From: Phoronis australis
Taxonomy: Eukaryota > Animalia > Phoronida
Reading direction: 5' to 3'
Assembly: GCA_002633005.1 (NCBI GenBank)
Contig: NMRA01000482.1
Span: forward strand, 201,462 to 265,461
Length of the DNA: 64,000 nt
Notes under the pieces: generated by a model
Databases searched by the model: none
What the model was told of the DNA's origin: nothing
What the model saw: only the letters and a program-made list of their open reading frames with translations
Made by a program: the position numbers and the translations under genes
Shown: positions 41,701 to 54,399 of the stretch, one piece after another
Numbering within the stretch: position 1 is the first letter of the stretch
How the letters are laid out: every line of letters starts with the position of its first letter

Positions 41701-43443
41701 GGCTGCAGCCTAACTATTCAGTGCCACCATTCCGGCGGGACTTATTTTTCGCGCCGTATTCGCTTCAGCATCTCATTGCCACACACAGAGCGACAACTTC
41801 CGCCTTGCGCCAGTTACCAGATGTATAGGGACGCTCCACTTGAAGTGAAGCAAATTTCACTAGTTGTTCTAAGGGTAAGTCTGTGTGGGGACGGGGACTT
41901 AGACATCTACATATTTTAGATGTCTTTCGTTTGAATCTTTATTTCACCGTATATGAGACCACTAAGTGCTCACTTACATTGAATTCGCTGTTTTGCTTAT
42001 TTGTATGGATAGGATGGTTTTAATTGGCACATAAATATTAATGCCGCATGACAAGATAACGCGTGTTTACCGACACAACTTCAGTGCTCCAGCTGACCCA
42101 AGGTGCGCGAACATAGTGCAATAACAAACTTTGTTTCCTTAATAGAAAGCTTCGGATACATGATAAGATGACCCAGTATGTCTCATTAAAACCGTGAATA
42201 TTTAAATTTGTACCAATCGCCACCTTGTGACTTCCTGGAGAACTGTGTGTTCAAGTATTATCAGGAAAGAAACAATTTGGAGATAAATCGCGGTTTTTAA
42301 ATGCTTCGGCTCTTTGCACTGAACGGGAAAAGGGGGCAAACCCAAACTTGATCAGTTTGTTTTTATCCAGGAGGCCTTATTGTGCAGTGAACCGGGGTGT
42401 CATGGCCCATTTGTGTCCCTGACTACTCCAGTTGCCCTACCGGTCGCCAGAAAAGACATGCAGGTGTGACATTATTACATTTTCCCCTGTGAAATCAATA
42501 TCATATCAGTTATAACAATTTTAAGTTGCCATTGTTTCTGATGCCAAATTTAAGCAAAAATGCAGAGAACCTTTGTGTATAATACACGAAGTCTCAATTT
42601 TTTTTTGCTTTAAATATGTTTAGACAAAGTAGTCCATATTTGCTTTCATGTAAAATTACCGAAACTGAGATGTTTGTACACGAAACACAAGTAGGATTTA
42701 AAAGCAAACCTTCGGTACTCACCGAAACTTTGGTGTAGTGGGAAAGGTCAGAGCGAAACGGCAACGATATTGGATCACACAAGGCTCATTGAAAAACCCC
42801 GAAAAACATTATTGGTTATTGTCGCGACGCCGACATTCTCTCAACAGACACACTAAAATAAATAAAATACAAATCATGATAGCATTGATCGTTTTGATTA
42901 AAATCTGGTAAATGACGGGATGGTGATTTTCAGTTAGCCTGAGAGTACGACTGAACTCCGACATCTGGTGTTCGAGACTCCGATGATGGAATAGCCATTT
43001 TGCGATGACTCCAATATCGCTGTCTAGTGGGAAAGGTAAGGCAAGTTTCGGCAAATTTCGGTCAACCGAAGTTCCCCTAATAGGAAGGCAGCTTCATGCC
43101 CACCAATCAAACGGTTCTCTTTATTGTAACGCGGCACAAGACCATTAATTGTAAACTAACCAGGATAATTTTGCATCGTTTGTATTAATGTTATGGCCTA
43201 TAACCTGACCAATCGGTGACTATGCAAATAAAGTTAACAATTAAAAAAAACCACCATAGCCAGGACATAGAATAAATGTGACGGCTAACAAAAACTACAA
43301 AGAGATGAATATTATTGAAAATGACGACAATAAAGAGAAGCTCATCTCCACACAAACTGGTTAAATCACCTTTTACCATTGATCTATGGCTGCCTGGTTT
43401 TGTTCAAATACACTGTCTCAAATATATCAAACCAACATAATCC

Positions 43444-43544
43444 TATAAATGCTTCCATTTGCGCATGGACGTATCAGTCTGCAGCTTTTGTCGAAATAAA
43501 AACTCAACCACCAACTGTCTGCTTATTTATGCGATCATATCACG
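43444..43544 (+). promoter_or_regulatory. Putative core promoter and non-coding first exon, copy 4
   Basis: TATAAA 43444, TCAGTC 43474, donor GTAAGT 43545. Separated from the coding exons by the retroelement at 43806-49083. Confidence 0.6.
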
Positions 43545-43805
43545 GTAAGTCAATCAACTGTTTAAATACATTATACATAAATACAAAATATCCTAATAAG
43601 GAATAACTTCACAGATCTGCAGAAGCAGGGATAAATTGCAGGCATATCCACCACCCAATACGTGAAACATGCCAAGTTATTTATTGATTTCCATATTTGA
43701 TTGAATCGCTTAAATCTCGCCTATTTCCTTTTTGTAATAGGCGTACGATGTACTGTAGTTCTCTAGACCGAAACGAGTTTAACATTGTTACAGGCCTCAT
43801 TATTG

Positions 43806-46800
43806 GGGACAAATAAAACAACACAAGAATAATATACATTTTACGTTGTAATGGAAATTTCAGGGTCACAGTGCTACAAATAAATATTTCACAGAAGGAA
43901 TAAGATGGGTACCTTAATTACAAGAGACAACACACACATTTCCGATACCCAACGAGTAATTGAGTGTCGGCTACTAAATGGCACATGTTAGTATAGTACA
44001 AAGTGGGTACATAATACCAAATGGGTATTGGCCGATTGCCTACCAACTGGGTCGAGCAAACCGGCAAATTCAGTAATAAGTACCAAGTGGTTACAAACTG
44101 TCAAATGGGCAAATATCATATAAAGTACCAAGTTGGTACACCAAACAGCCAACTGGGCTATAACAACCTGGCAAAGCAGGTTCCGGACAAGCTGAGTGAG
44201 CAGACCAGCCGAAGTGATAAAAAGAGATATTGTAAGGAACGTGGTGCTGTGGCTCAGTATGTGCCACATGGGCAGGGTTGTTCATGGATGAACAATCCTG
44301 TCCACCGCCACCACCTGCGTGGGCGCCGTGACCCTGGTAGTGAAGGGACAAATAGGAGTGGAAGGGGATGTGTGAAAAATAAGGTCAGGTGAACTATATA
44401 ATAAGATATAATGTAACACAACATATGGTGACACACCGAAACAAAGCTACCATCTACAAACTCTTACCTAAACTTAACTGAGAGATCTATTGACCATACA
44501 CCCGAGGTCCGTCAGCAGTGAATTGCGCTATGGCACCCTTTAGAGCGTTGAGAAAAATATCGTTTCCTAACGGGGACAGGTGGACTCCATCTGGATGGAA
44601 CAACAATCTGGCACCCGTCGTAATGTCAGGGTGCCTGATGTAGCACCCAGAATGAGTGAGAACAGTCTTAGCTGCCATGGAGTTGATTCAGGCCCTGGCG
44701 CTGTTCATGATTTCCCTGTTACCTCTTTGCCAGTGTAACCGTGGTGTATTGCGGACCAAACAAGTGTGCTGTGTGGAAATTTGTTGTGGATTCTGGAAAT
44801 ATCTGCCGTGAGGCTGGTACGTAACTCATGTAACTTCGTGTAACCAATATCGTTGCCAGCGCAGTGCAGGACGATGTACGACGACTAGTCTTCAAGGCGG
44901 TTCATGGTCTACAATTTGGGGATGAGCTGGTTCCAACGGAGTCTGATGAAGCCTTGCCAAAAGATGCTCTGTATCCCTACTGACTGTAACCCCAGGTGCG
45001 TGCCACCTGGGCTTGTCCTGGCATCAACAAATGCCCGTTTCATGATCGACGATCCCACAATCCACACGGCATAAGGCCCTGGAAGACTTAAACTGTCTTT
45101 TAGAACCAGTCCAGATTGTGGACTAATAGTTTTTCAGAATTAATACGAACATACGTTTTATATGTGCGTGAGTGTGTAGACCATCTGCCAGCGAGTCTGA
45201 TTTGTTCCGGTGTCCACCCAGCCATGCTTGCCGCTGTGGCAGCCCCCATGCGGAACGAATGGGGCCGTCATCTGCCGTGTTCTACGCCCAATTTTTTCAT
45301 TGCCAACTGGAGGATAGCGCTAAACTGATAGCGAGTGAGGTTTTTCCTCCAAAATGACAGAGGAACTGGTGGGTGCTTGGTGGTCTGAGTTTGTGAAATT
45401 TAAGCATGTTGTCCACCGGACATATAAGTGGGTGATGCGACAAGGGATGGAGAACGAGTGTCGATGTTTTCCCATGCTGGTCGGTCTTGGATGATGTGAT
45501 TTTAATGAAGACCCTGTTGTTGGCAAAGGCGACGTCGTCCGCTTGAAGACCTCCATTGGTTGGGCCAACTAACTCCGATATTCGGAAAAAAACAAAGAAC
45601 GCCAAAGCGTACGCTGTCTTGAAAACTGCGTCTCGTATGTAGAGGAGCAGACTAGATGCAGGCTGTGGACCAACTGGTACAGTATCGCAGGAGTTTTCGT
45701 ACAACGTCGTAGGCTCTCCAGTGTCTTGGACACGATAAAGTTGGTGGCAACATGTGGGTAACCATCCACCTTGCATTTAAAGTACACTCCTGCCAAGTAT
45801 GACTCGACGGTATATACGCGCCGCAAAGGAGAGACATGTACACAATGTATAGAACTTGATGGCCAGTTCGAGGGGGCCAGCACAGGGGCAGGTTTTGCTG
45901 TCTCCTGAACGAATCAAGTGACTAGAGGCCTTGTTCATAAACTTTATTGGGTGTTGCTGGAGATGGATGCCTGGATTAATATAGCTGCCTCATTGTGGAG
46001 ATCAGTTGCAGAAATTGGTGGGGTATTGGTTCTGGCGATGCGTGTGCCTCTGGTGCCAACGTGCGAAATCTTTCCACCTGTTTGCGGGTGATAGCATCGG
46101 CAAAGCGATTATCAACACTTCTCACATCTTTGGTTCATAAGGTAACATTATGACGTAGGGCTAATAACAACAGGGGGCCTAATGAGTTGCATGACAGTCT
46201 TAGACTTAGATGATTGGCGGTTGATGACTTGGACCAAGGCTTCGGTGTCTATCCATAAGATGATTTTCTTATTGAAAAAGGAAGGGCCCCAGATACAAAA
46301 GGACATGACTACAGGGCCTGATTCTAAGAACGTTGTGTCCGCCATGAAGGCAGCCCAGTCGGTTGGCCATGGGTAGAATGCCCACTGTATGTTGAAGATG
46401 GCCCCAGCTTCTACGTTTAGTGCACCTGCTCTGTCAGTGTACAGAGAGAGAACGTCGTTTGTGGTCCATTCCGACACGGGGAAGAAGGTGACACCATTGA
46501 ATGAGTCCAGGAACAACAACCATAGCAGCATGCCATCCTTCATACCATTAGACACTGCTATGTGATGGTGGGGTTTACGGGCCCTGGATAGAGCCTTGTA
46601 GAATCTCCGAATGAAGGCTGGAACTGCCTTAGAGAAAAAATTCGGCATGCACGTTAAGGATTCCAGCTCACGTTGTTTTATTCGTTTGTTGTGGACTAAG
46701 GCTGATAGCATGGTGCGGAGTTGAATGAGTTTCTTGTCCGGTAGTCGTATTTGTTGTTGAACAGTGTCGATGTCCAGGCCTAAGAATATGAGTTGTGTGG

Positions 46801-49083
46801 AAGGACCAGCTGTTTTGTCTGTGGCAATGGGTAAACCGATTTCATCGCAGAGGTGTGTGAAGTGGGCCATTAGTGTCTTGTAAATGTCTGTGCCTGGCGG
46901 CCCAACGAATATCAAGTCGTAATGGTAGTGGTCCAATTTTTTTGTCCCGAACGAGCCTCTACGGCCCAATGTAGTGCTGTTGAGAATGTCTCGAAGAGGT
47001 AAGGTGCTAAAGAGGCGCCAAATGGGAGGCATTTGTCAATGAAGTAGTACCCCTGGTGTTGGTAGCCTAAAAGGTCAAAGTCACCGGGGTAAATTGGAAG
47101 GAGTCGGAATTCGGACTTATTGTCCATTTTTGCTAGCTGGGCACCCAGGCCAGCATGGCTGACTATGTCTATAACCTTATCAAAGCTTTGTACTGCACAG
47201 CGCAGTAATCGGGATGAATTCCGTCGTTGACACTGGTCCCTACTAAGCATGAGAGGTGGGAGATAATGCGAAAATCCCCGTCTGATTTGGAGAGGAGCCC
47301 GAGCAGCGAGGTACGAAGGTTATAGATGGGGCGTGTAGAAAAGGGGCCTGCCATGCGGCCCAGGTCACATTCTTTGATAAGTTTGTCCCACAGCTGCTGG
47401 TGTTGGCAAGTTGCTGATAACAGGTTTCTCGCTGTGGTATGGCTTCTTGTGCCCGTGTACTGTAACCTAAAGCCAATTTAGAATCCTTGAACAAGAAGTG
47501 AAGCACAGTTGGGGTCCGGGTACCCATGTAGAATGCGTTTGAGCGCCAGCGGTTTGACAGGCGTGTGGCCCAGGTTCCAGATGTACTCGTGGTTTGGGTG
47601 TATGGTAGATACACATGTACTAGAATAATATAACACTAGAATAACTTGGTACGATCCTGGTATTCTAACGGGAAGGGGGAAATGAGTCATGTGGGAAGGT
47701 AGGGTTTAGAATGGCCTAGGCTTATAGGGGAATCTATGGCGAGGGTGGGTTGGATTCCGGGGGCGGATTGAAAATTGGTTAGATGCACCCTGGGAAGGCC
47801 CTGGCCGGGATTGTTGGGTAGCCCTGTAACATGTGAGGCTGGAGTGGGAGCCACCGCAGGTCATGCAGGTATTCTTGTATCTGCACTGCCATGTAGTGCA
47901 ATTTCCCTTGAAGTTAAAGGCATAAAAGTGTCTGGTAGTTGGGTGAGGTGCGGTGTCAACAGTTGGGCCAGATAGCAACCACAACTTCGGATCTATCGCC
48001 GACCATGGTGTGGCCAGGTCACGAGCTTTGCGGGAGCGGTACTGTTCGTCATAAGGCATACAACCTGTTCTGGTGCGCTTTTCCCAGAGTCGGACATCGT
48101 GCATGTACTTAAGTAGCTTCGGACCTCTGTGGGGGTGAGCTTCGATAAATATTGACGCAAATATGAGAAAGGCGTCAGTCCATTTCTCAATGGTTGTTAT
48201 TTTGGGTTTGGCAGGTTGTTGTAAAACGAGGCTGTTGTTAAAGACCAACACTTGATGAGGCGGTGTGATGGCTGAGGCTGGGAGTAGGGTGCTAAGGTCG
48301 ATGCATTCGCCGTCATGAATTTTTGTGTGAATTGAAGACGGTACATGGACACCCATTATCGGATAGACACTAGGAATTGGTGGAGGTGCCTCATAATCAA
48401 GGAGAGTCAACTCAGAGACTAACTGATCTGGTTGGGGTTGAGTGGCTAGCTGTGCAGACGTAGATGCTAGGTGTCAGTGGCTGGTCGGAGCCTGGTCTAA
48501 CGGCACCCTCTCTGTTCTCGCTGACCTAGTCCTCGTACTTCCAGAGGTGGCTCGGCATGATTTTGTTGTCTTGCCTTTGGCTTTTGGCATGTTGTAGCTC
48601 GGATAGGAAAATATGACAAAAGAAAAAACAATTTAAATTAACCTCTCTGTATATGAAGACGAGGGTGCCTGGTTGGAGGAAGTAGGGAACGCGTGGTGTT
48701 CGGGAGCAGGGTCGTGTGAGTAGGCGTCGCCGAAAATAGCGACGGGTGCGCTTGGGTTTGAGGGGTATTAGAATTGAAAGAAATCGAGTGTTAGAAAAGC
48801 CATCCGTGGCTACCATTAAAAAATACGTGAACTACGTTTTGTCCAGGACGATTGACGACGAACGGGAAGGAGTATAATAGGTTGAAAAGTTGTGTAATTA
48901 GTAAAACCGTACGAGTGAATGTACTGTAGACTGAGGCTGGGACACCCGGAAGCTGGAGAGGGGGAACAACCAGCGCTACGATCGGACTAGATTAGGTGCT
49001 AACTAGGAGTTGGATATGAAGCTTGAACGGGTGTAGAATGATATTTGCCCAAATAATAGTATTTATGTCAGAGTGCCACAAAT
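43806..49083 (-). mobile_element. Ngaro-type tyrosine-recombinase retrotransposon (gag, RT/RNase H, YR, SGNH hydrolase), near full length, degenerate
   Basis: gag-like 47706-48410 (IEKWTDAFLIFASI). RT/RH 46060-47600 (FRIISHLS, SVNDGI, DKCLPFG, LYTD). YR 45150-45990 (AFFVFFRISEL, SKTDQ, CPV). SGNH blocks VWIVGSS, LHCAGNDIG, DGVHLS at 44487-45075. Flanked by CTCATTATTG at 43796-43805 and 49084-49093. Confidence 0.92.
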
Positions 49084-49121
49084 CTCATTATTGAAACTTC
49101 GATTCTACGAACATTGCAGAT

Positions 49122-50049
49122 ATGAAGTCGACAGTTTGCTTGTTCGTCGTAGTCCTCTTGCTGGGAACGCTGTTTTGCCTTACCGAGAGCACTGAAAACT
49201 CCGAGGATGGTAGGTCATACATTTGTGATATGAAAAACATCAAGCATTAAAACAAAGTGTGTATTATCTCTAATAGAAATTTTAATTGTTCAAATGAAAA
49301 TGAACTCCCAATGCAGCGGTAGAATGTTCGAAGAAAATAATAGCAATGATGAATGAAACAGCGGTTAATAAATTTTGTTTTGATTAGTTTTGTCAACAAC
49401 AAAAGAACCAATGAGTAATAGTTCAGCAAAATATTCAACATTCAGTAGTTTTTTACCGTTTTTTTTTTCTTGGTGTGGGCCCTTTAACTGCTCTGTTTCC
49501 CTGACTTCACCGGCTAAGGAATACCACAAGTTTCAAAAATGGGCTAACAGAGCAGTAACCAAATTTCCGCCGCCTGATGATACATGGAGCAATGGAGCTG
49601 TGATGCCATATTTCAAATGTGTTACGCCGTCATATTTCAGCCTTTGGAGGAATTCGTCGGAAACGACAAGTCTATAAAGGTTCTTGTACAAATTGGAGAG
49701 ATTGCCACTTGATGTGCAAAGACTGGTTTTACAACCGTAGTAGCTGCAACAGCGGGAGGTGCTTCTGCTCCTAGTAAGTTCAAAACAACTGTGTCCAGTC
49801 GCATACGCATTCCACATACATGTACATGTAACACCTATATGTACATGTATATTAACATATTGTTCTAGTCAATGGATAGACCATATCAAGCAGCAAGTTT
49901 ATAGTTATTGGTTTAAGTGTAGTGAACGACTTGTTTGTTCTCACTCACTATCAGTGCTTACATGTACATATTGACGGCCCAAATGATTACACACATTTAT
50001 AATCCAACTGATAATTTAATTTATTCATAAATTAATTTTGAATTCCAGG
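49122..50049 (+). CDS. CS-alpha-beta defensin-like secreted peptide precursor, copy 4 (73 aa; coding exons 49122-49209, 49641-49773, 50049)
   Basis: MKSTVCLFVVVLLLGTLFCLTESTENSED|AFGGIRRKR/QVYKGSCTNWRDCHLMCKDWFYNRSSCNSGRCFCS*. Splice sites conserved. AATAAA at 50132-50137. Confidence 0.9.
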
Positions 50050-53000
50050 TAAAGAGATGTGCGTTGAAGTAAAGTGGATCAACAAGTTCAGAAACATTTC
50101 TTCTGATTGTTCAAGATCGTGATTTGGGCTAAATAAATGTTTCTGCACTGCATTTTTATTTTTGTTTGCTAACCCCCTTTGATAGAAGGGCCCCAGGATG
50201 AAAGAGGGTCATGCCGTGAACTACAAAAACCGTCCCTGTGATTAGGCGACACGGGAAACTTAGATTCTCTGAAGTGGGCGAAGTTACTTGGGGGAATTAC
50301 ATACATTACATACATAAATACAAACATGCACATGTATCGTATATAGTCTGCTACAAACTAAATCACAGCATAGACTGTTATTAAAACGAAGTTTCCTCTG
50401 TACGCTTGGCCTAAATGGCAGATTTAATCCGATAAAATTGGTCAATAATTGGTTTTTCATTTTTGCTACTGGATTCTGTCATCGAATTAAACGATTATTC
50501 GTGACTGGCATCAAGCGGCTCTAAATTTGAATGCCAACAATCCTGTCAGGACATGGATGACAATCTAACACTCTCGTCACTTGCTCATGGCCCGTTTTGG
50601 CATGGCGGTTGTTACTTTGGTGGTAAATCTATTCCATGTAAAAAACCTGGTCTCATATACAGAAAGATAAATAATTTGAGATCACAACTTTTTTCAAGTA
50701 CTCGATGAACTAACGCGTTGGATCTCTGAGTAATTTGATGTTATATAGGACATATGAGTTTTTTTAATCCGTCTAACTTCGAAACGCCATATCTCAGAAA
50801 TGATCCTCGGATTCATAGGAAACTTTTGGATACAACGATTTATGCTCACTAAAACAATGAAAGGAGCAATTTTTAAACTGTTCCACTTTTCATAGGGGGC
50901 TACAAACTGAGGCTTTTATGATTTTCAAAATAAAAATACAAAATTTTGCATAAAATGAAAACGAACTGATAATTTAGAAAACGGCAGCGTTTTTGAGATT
51001 TCTTATTGGACATTAATATGTGTAAAGTTAGGTCACGATGTTAATAGGGCAGTTTTCATATCGATGTATCTTCTGTTTTAGCTAAATTTTACTAAAAACA
51101 CATGATTGCCTGGCCGTATTAATGGAAGACTGATAAAAGGTTATCGATCAATTTCTACAGGCTTCCTTCTTTCAGAAAATAACTACTCTTACAGATTTAA
51201 AATTTTAAGCTTTGTAGAATTTTGGCTAAATACTCAGCGTGTCGACCAGGTCCTAAGTTACAAGAAAATTCCCCATCCCTAAACGCCTACATGTGCACTA
51301 CTTCTAGTGTAATCCAGAAGAACAAAAAGGTGCTCTGATTATACCATGACTACCCCGAGAAAGTGTTATTTTGTTGTATATACTGAGGCGTGAAAGTGGA
51401 AGTCCAAGACGGTAAATGATGGAGAGTTGTAAACACCTCTCATTCCTTGCAGAATCTACACCATAATTTGTCGAGGGGACCGGAATCCGCATACAAAGGG
51501 TCTCAAGGTCGCAGTTCGTGCCTTCATAGGTTCTCAAAATTAAGAAAATGGGTCAGGTTTTACAGCACTTTTGTCAAATAAATTGGGAAGGAAGAATGAT
51601 ATTCAGTAATTCCTTAAGTTGTTTTGAGTCTAGAATTTTGGCCTCTGCTCTTGTCTACCCGGATACGGAAGTGTCGTCACATCCTCGGTCAGTGTCGAAC
51701 ACTTGGCTGGTATTAATACGTTTACCTTCTATACAAGTGGTAATTTTCAAAACTTTTGTCAGTCATTACGTATTTTAACCTAAATTTCTGTAATGTAGAG
51801 TGGAAAAACAATCGCAATCTGGTCTTTCATTGCATCGAAGAAGCCGTGAATTTGTGATTTTAGTTACAAAACGCCCAAATCGTAATTTTTGAGACATTTT
51901 TGGTATCTCAGTTTCCCTTGGGCAAAGCAAGGTAATAAGACATTGCTTTGTTGAATTACTTCATCTTTGAGGCATCCCATCGACTTTACTTTCTGTCGTT
52001 TTTGCCTTTTAGGGTGTCTTGATACAGTTCTATTGGAAAGGTACATGTATTTCACTGACCTGGACCAGAGATAAGCCACTAGAACTGTAATCTTTTCCCT
52101 GTCTCCCTTTCCGTGGTCTTTGATGATAAATAGAATTTTCAGACGTTTATATCATTCTCGACATTCCAAACATATGTCACACAGGCTTGATCAAGTCTTC
52201 AGTGGGGCGAACAAAACGTAGCTGATTTTTTTCTTTTAGTAGGTCCATTAGAGTTTTAGAGTTTTTCCGGTATTCTATCGACTTAGGTGACCTACAATCT
52301 ACATCAATTTATTTCATGTCAACTTAAATTTAAACTTAAATGTGTTCAATACGACAGCTTTTCAAGTTGCGTTCGGTCTAGGCTTATGCGTGTATTATCC
52401 GCTCACACGGACACGAGTCGAACAGAATTCTTGTTAGACCTTCTTATTTCTCCAGTGCATTTTGTCTCATTGAGTGGACGCATCAAAATGTCGTTTTAAA
52501 AACAGTTATAAACATGTTCAGTTTCGTCATAACGGAATGTGCGAAATAATGGAAATTTGTTCGAAGTGCCTTGTATTGTAAAAGGGCCTCTCAGGTGACA
52601 TACATTCAGAAACTAGGCACACGCCGTTTTACAGGCTCACAATATAACAGCTAACCAATATTCAACACACAAACGAAAAGAACATACACTGCAAATGCAG
52701 GAATTCTTAGTTTTCATTGATGATGGATCTTCGTTCTAAGCATCAATCATCGGAATCTAAACCAAAACATAAAGATGGAGACGTATAAAAATGTAAAAAC
52801 TACAACTTGCAGAGACCCATAAGGAAAACGTAATATGAGTAAGTACACAATTTGAGCATGAGTTCTTGTTCCGTGTCATTGCGCTTCAGGCTCGATCGTT
52901 GTTTTTTTTTTGGGGGGGGGGTCAATTGTCGGATTATGGGAGTGAAACTCTAGGTCGCCGAATCAGAAATGAGATAGTGAGTGCCATTACGGGAAAACGA

Positions 53001-54399
53001 GAAGGCACCAGCATTTCTGAAACGATGCACCACCAATAATTGAAGGGATGACGTGATAATTACATGCGCCTACAAGCAAGCACCCATCCTAAAATATAAG
53101 GGGCTCGATTTTTTGGGAATATGGTCCTTTTCTCACAAAGTAAGGTTCAAAGAAAAAAACGAGGCTACTAGTAGAAAAAGACCCCGGGTTCGCTCAGAGC
53201 TTTGAATTGTGCATTCGCCGAATTCTTGCCCTTTTAGTGGACTTTTGTCTCGTTTTCTCGGACTTTTTAATTCTCTGAGGCGGACTTTTTTGCTTCCCGA
53301 GCCCCCCTCCCGCTTGAGAGCGCGCATGGTATAGATGCGTGCTTCGGAATAGTAGTGAACCATTCAACCTTTCACGGTGAATCGAGCCTATTGTATGACC
53401 AACCAGAAGCTCGGATTTGTTTGTGTCGCAAGGCAAAACGCGTTATTGTTTACGGAAACGACGATTACAGTCCCGTGCTGTTGCTGCACTGGATGAATTT
53501 AACTAAGAAATAATTAAAAACAATTTGAGTTCTTCGAACATACGTGCATTAATTTTGATTAAACTCTCGTCTTGCTCAACAGTTGTTTATCCTACTATAG
53601 CCGATACTCAATGTGGCCCTAATTTTCAAACTAGTTAAAACATGCATATGTCATGCACTTAGTTGTCGTGCAAGAATGCTGCAGAACAGAACGGAACAGA
53701 ACAGAACAGAGCAGAGCGCTATAAAGATGACGCGTATTTCAGCGAGCAGTCAACCAATGTTTTCATTCCATGGTTTACATCAGGTGTACAGTTGGAGATT
53801 TCAGCGTATCTAATGATGTACATAGGTTACGAACATTAGAGTCGCTTCCAATAATGTTTGAAAACCCCAGTTTGAACGAGCAGCTAACAGGAACTCGAAG
53901 GACTCTTTCGTTATTCCGGTGATCTATAGATTATGTTGCACAGCAACGTATGTATATTTATGATCGACATATGTCCCGAATAATAGATGAATGATACGTG
54001 CGTCGCAAGCTCGTTACCAGAGATGAAAAGGAGACCGAGGTACTAGGCGATATAAGGTCATTTATTATGACTAGTACAATTACAATAAAATGAATACAGG
54101 TAAATAACGTATAATAGGTAATCTCTGGTAAGATGGGCAATAAAAAGCGCCGGTCTCGTGGAAGTACGAGAGAATGACGAAAACTGGGAGGAAGAAGGTG
54201 GGAAAATTGAATGAGTTTTTGACGTACAACAATGTGGCCGGAACAAAGTGAACTGAAAGCGAAGTTTCAATAACAAAGAAAAACGCCCCTAAAGACACGT
54301 GACAATCATCAGCCTATAAGAGCCAANGTCCTGTTTAGAGGACCGGCGGTCATGTTGTTTCTCACCAGTGGAAATGTTATCTCACTATTGAGATAACTT

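Noticed and set aside
49722-49773. Copy 4 as a pseudogene because it lacks the GxC gamma-core glycine (RSSC)
   Set aside because: All six cysteines, the frame, splice sites and polyA signal are intact. One substitution is insufficient evidence.
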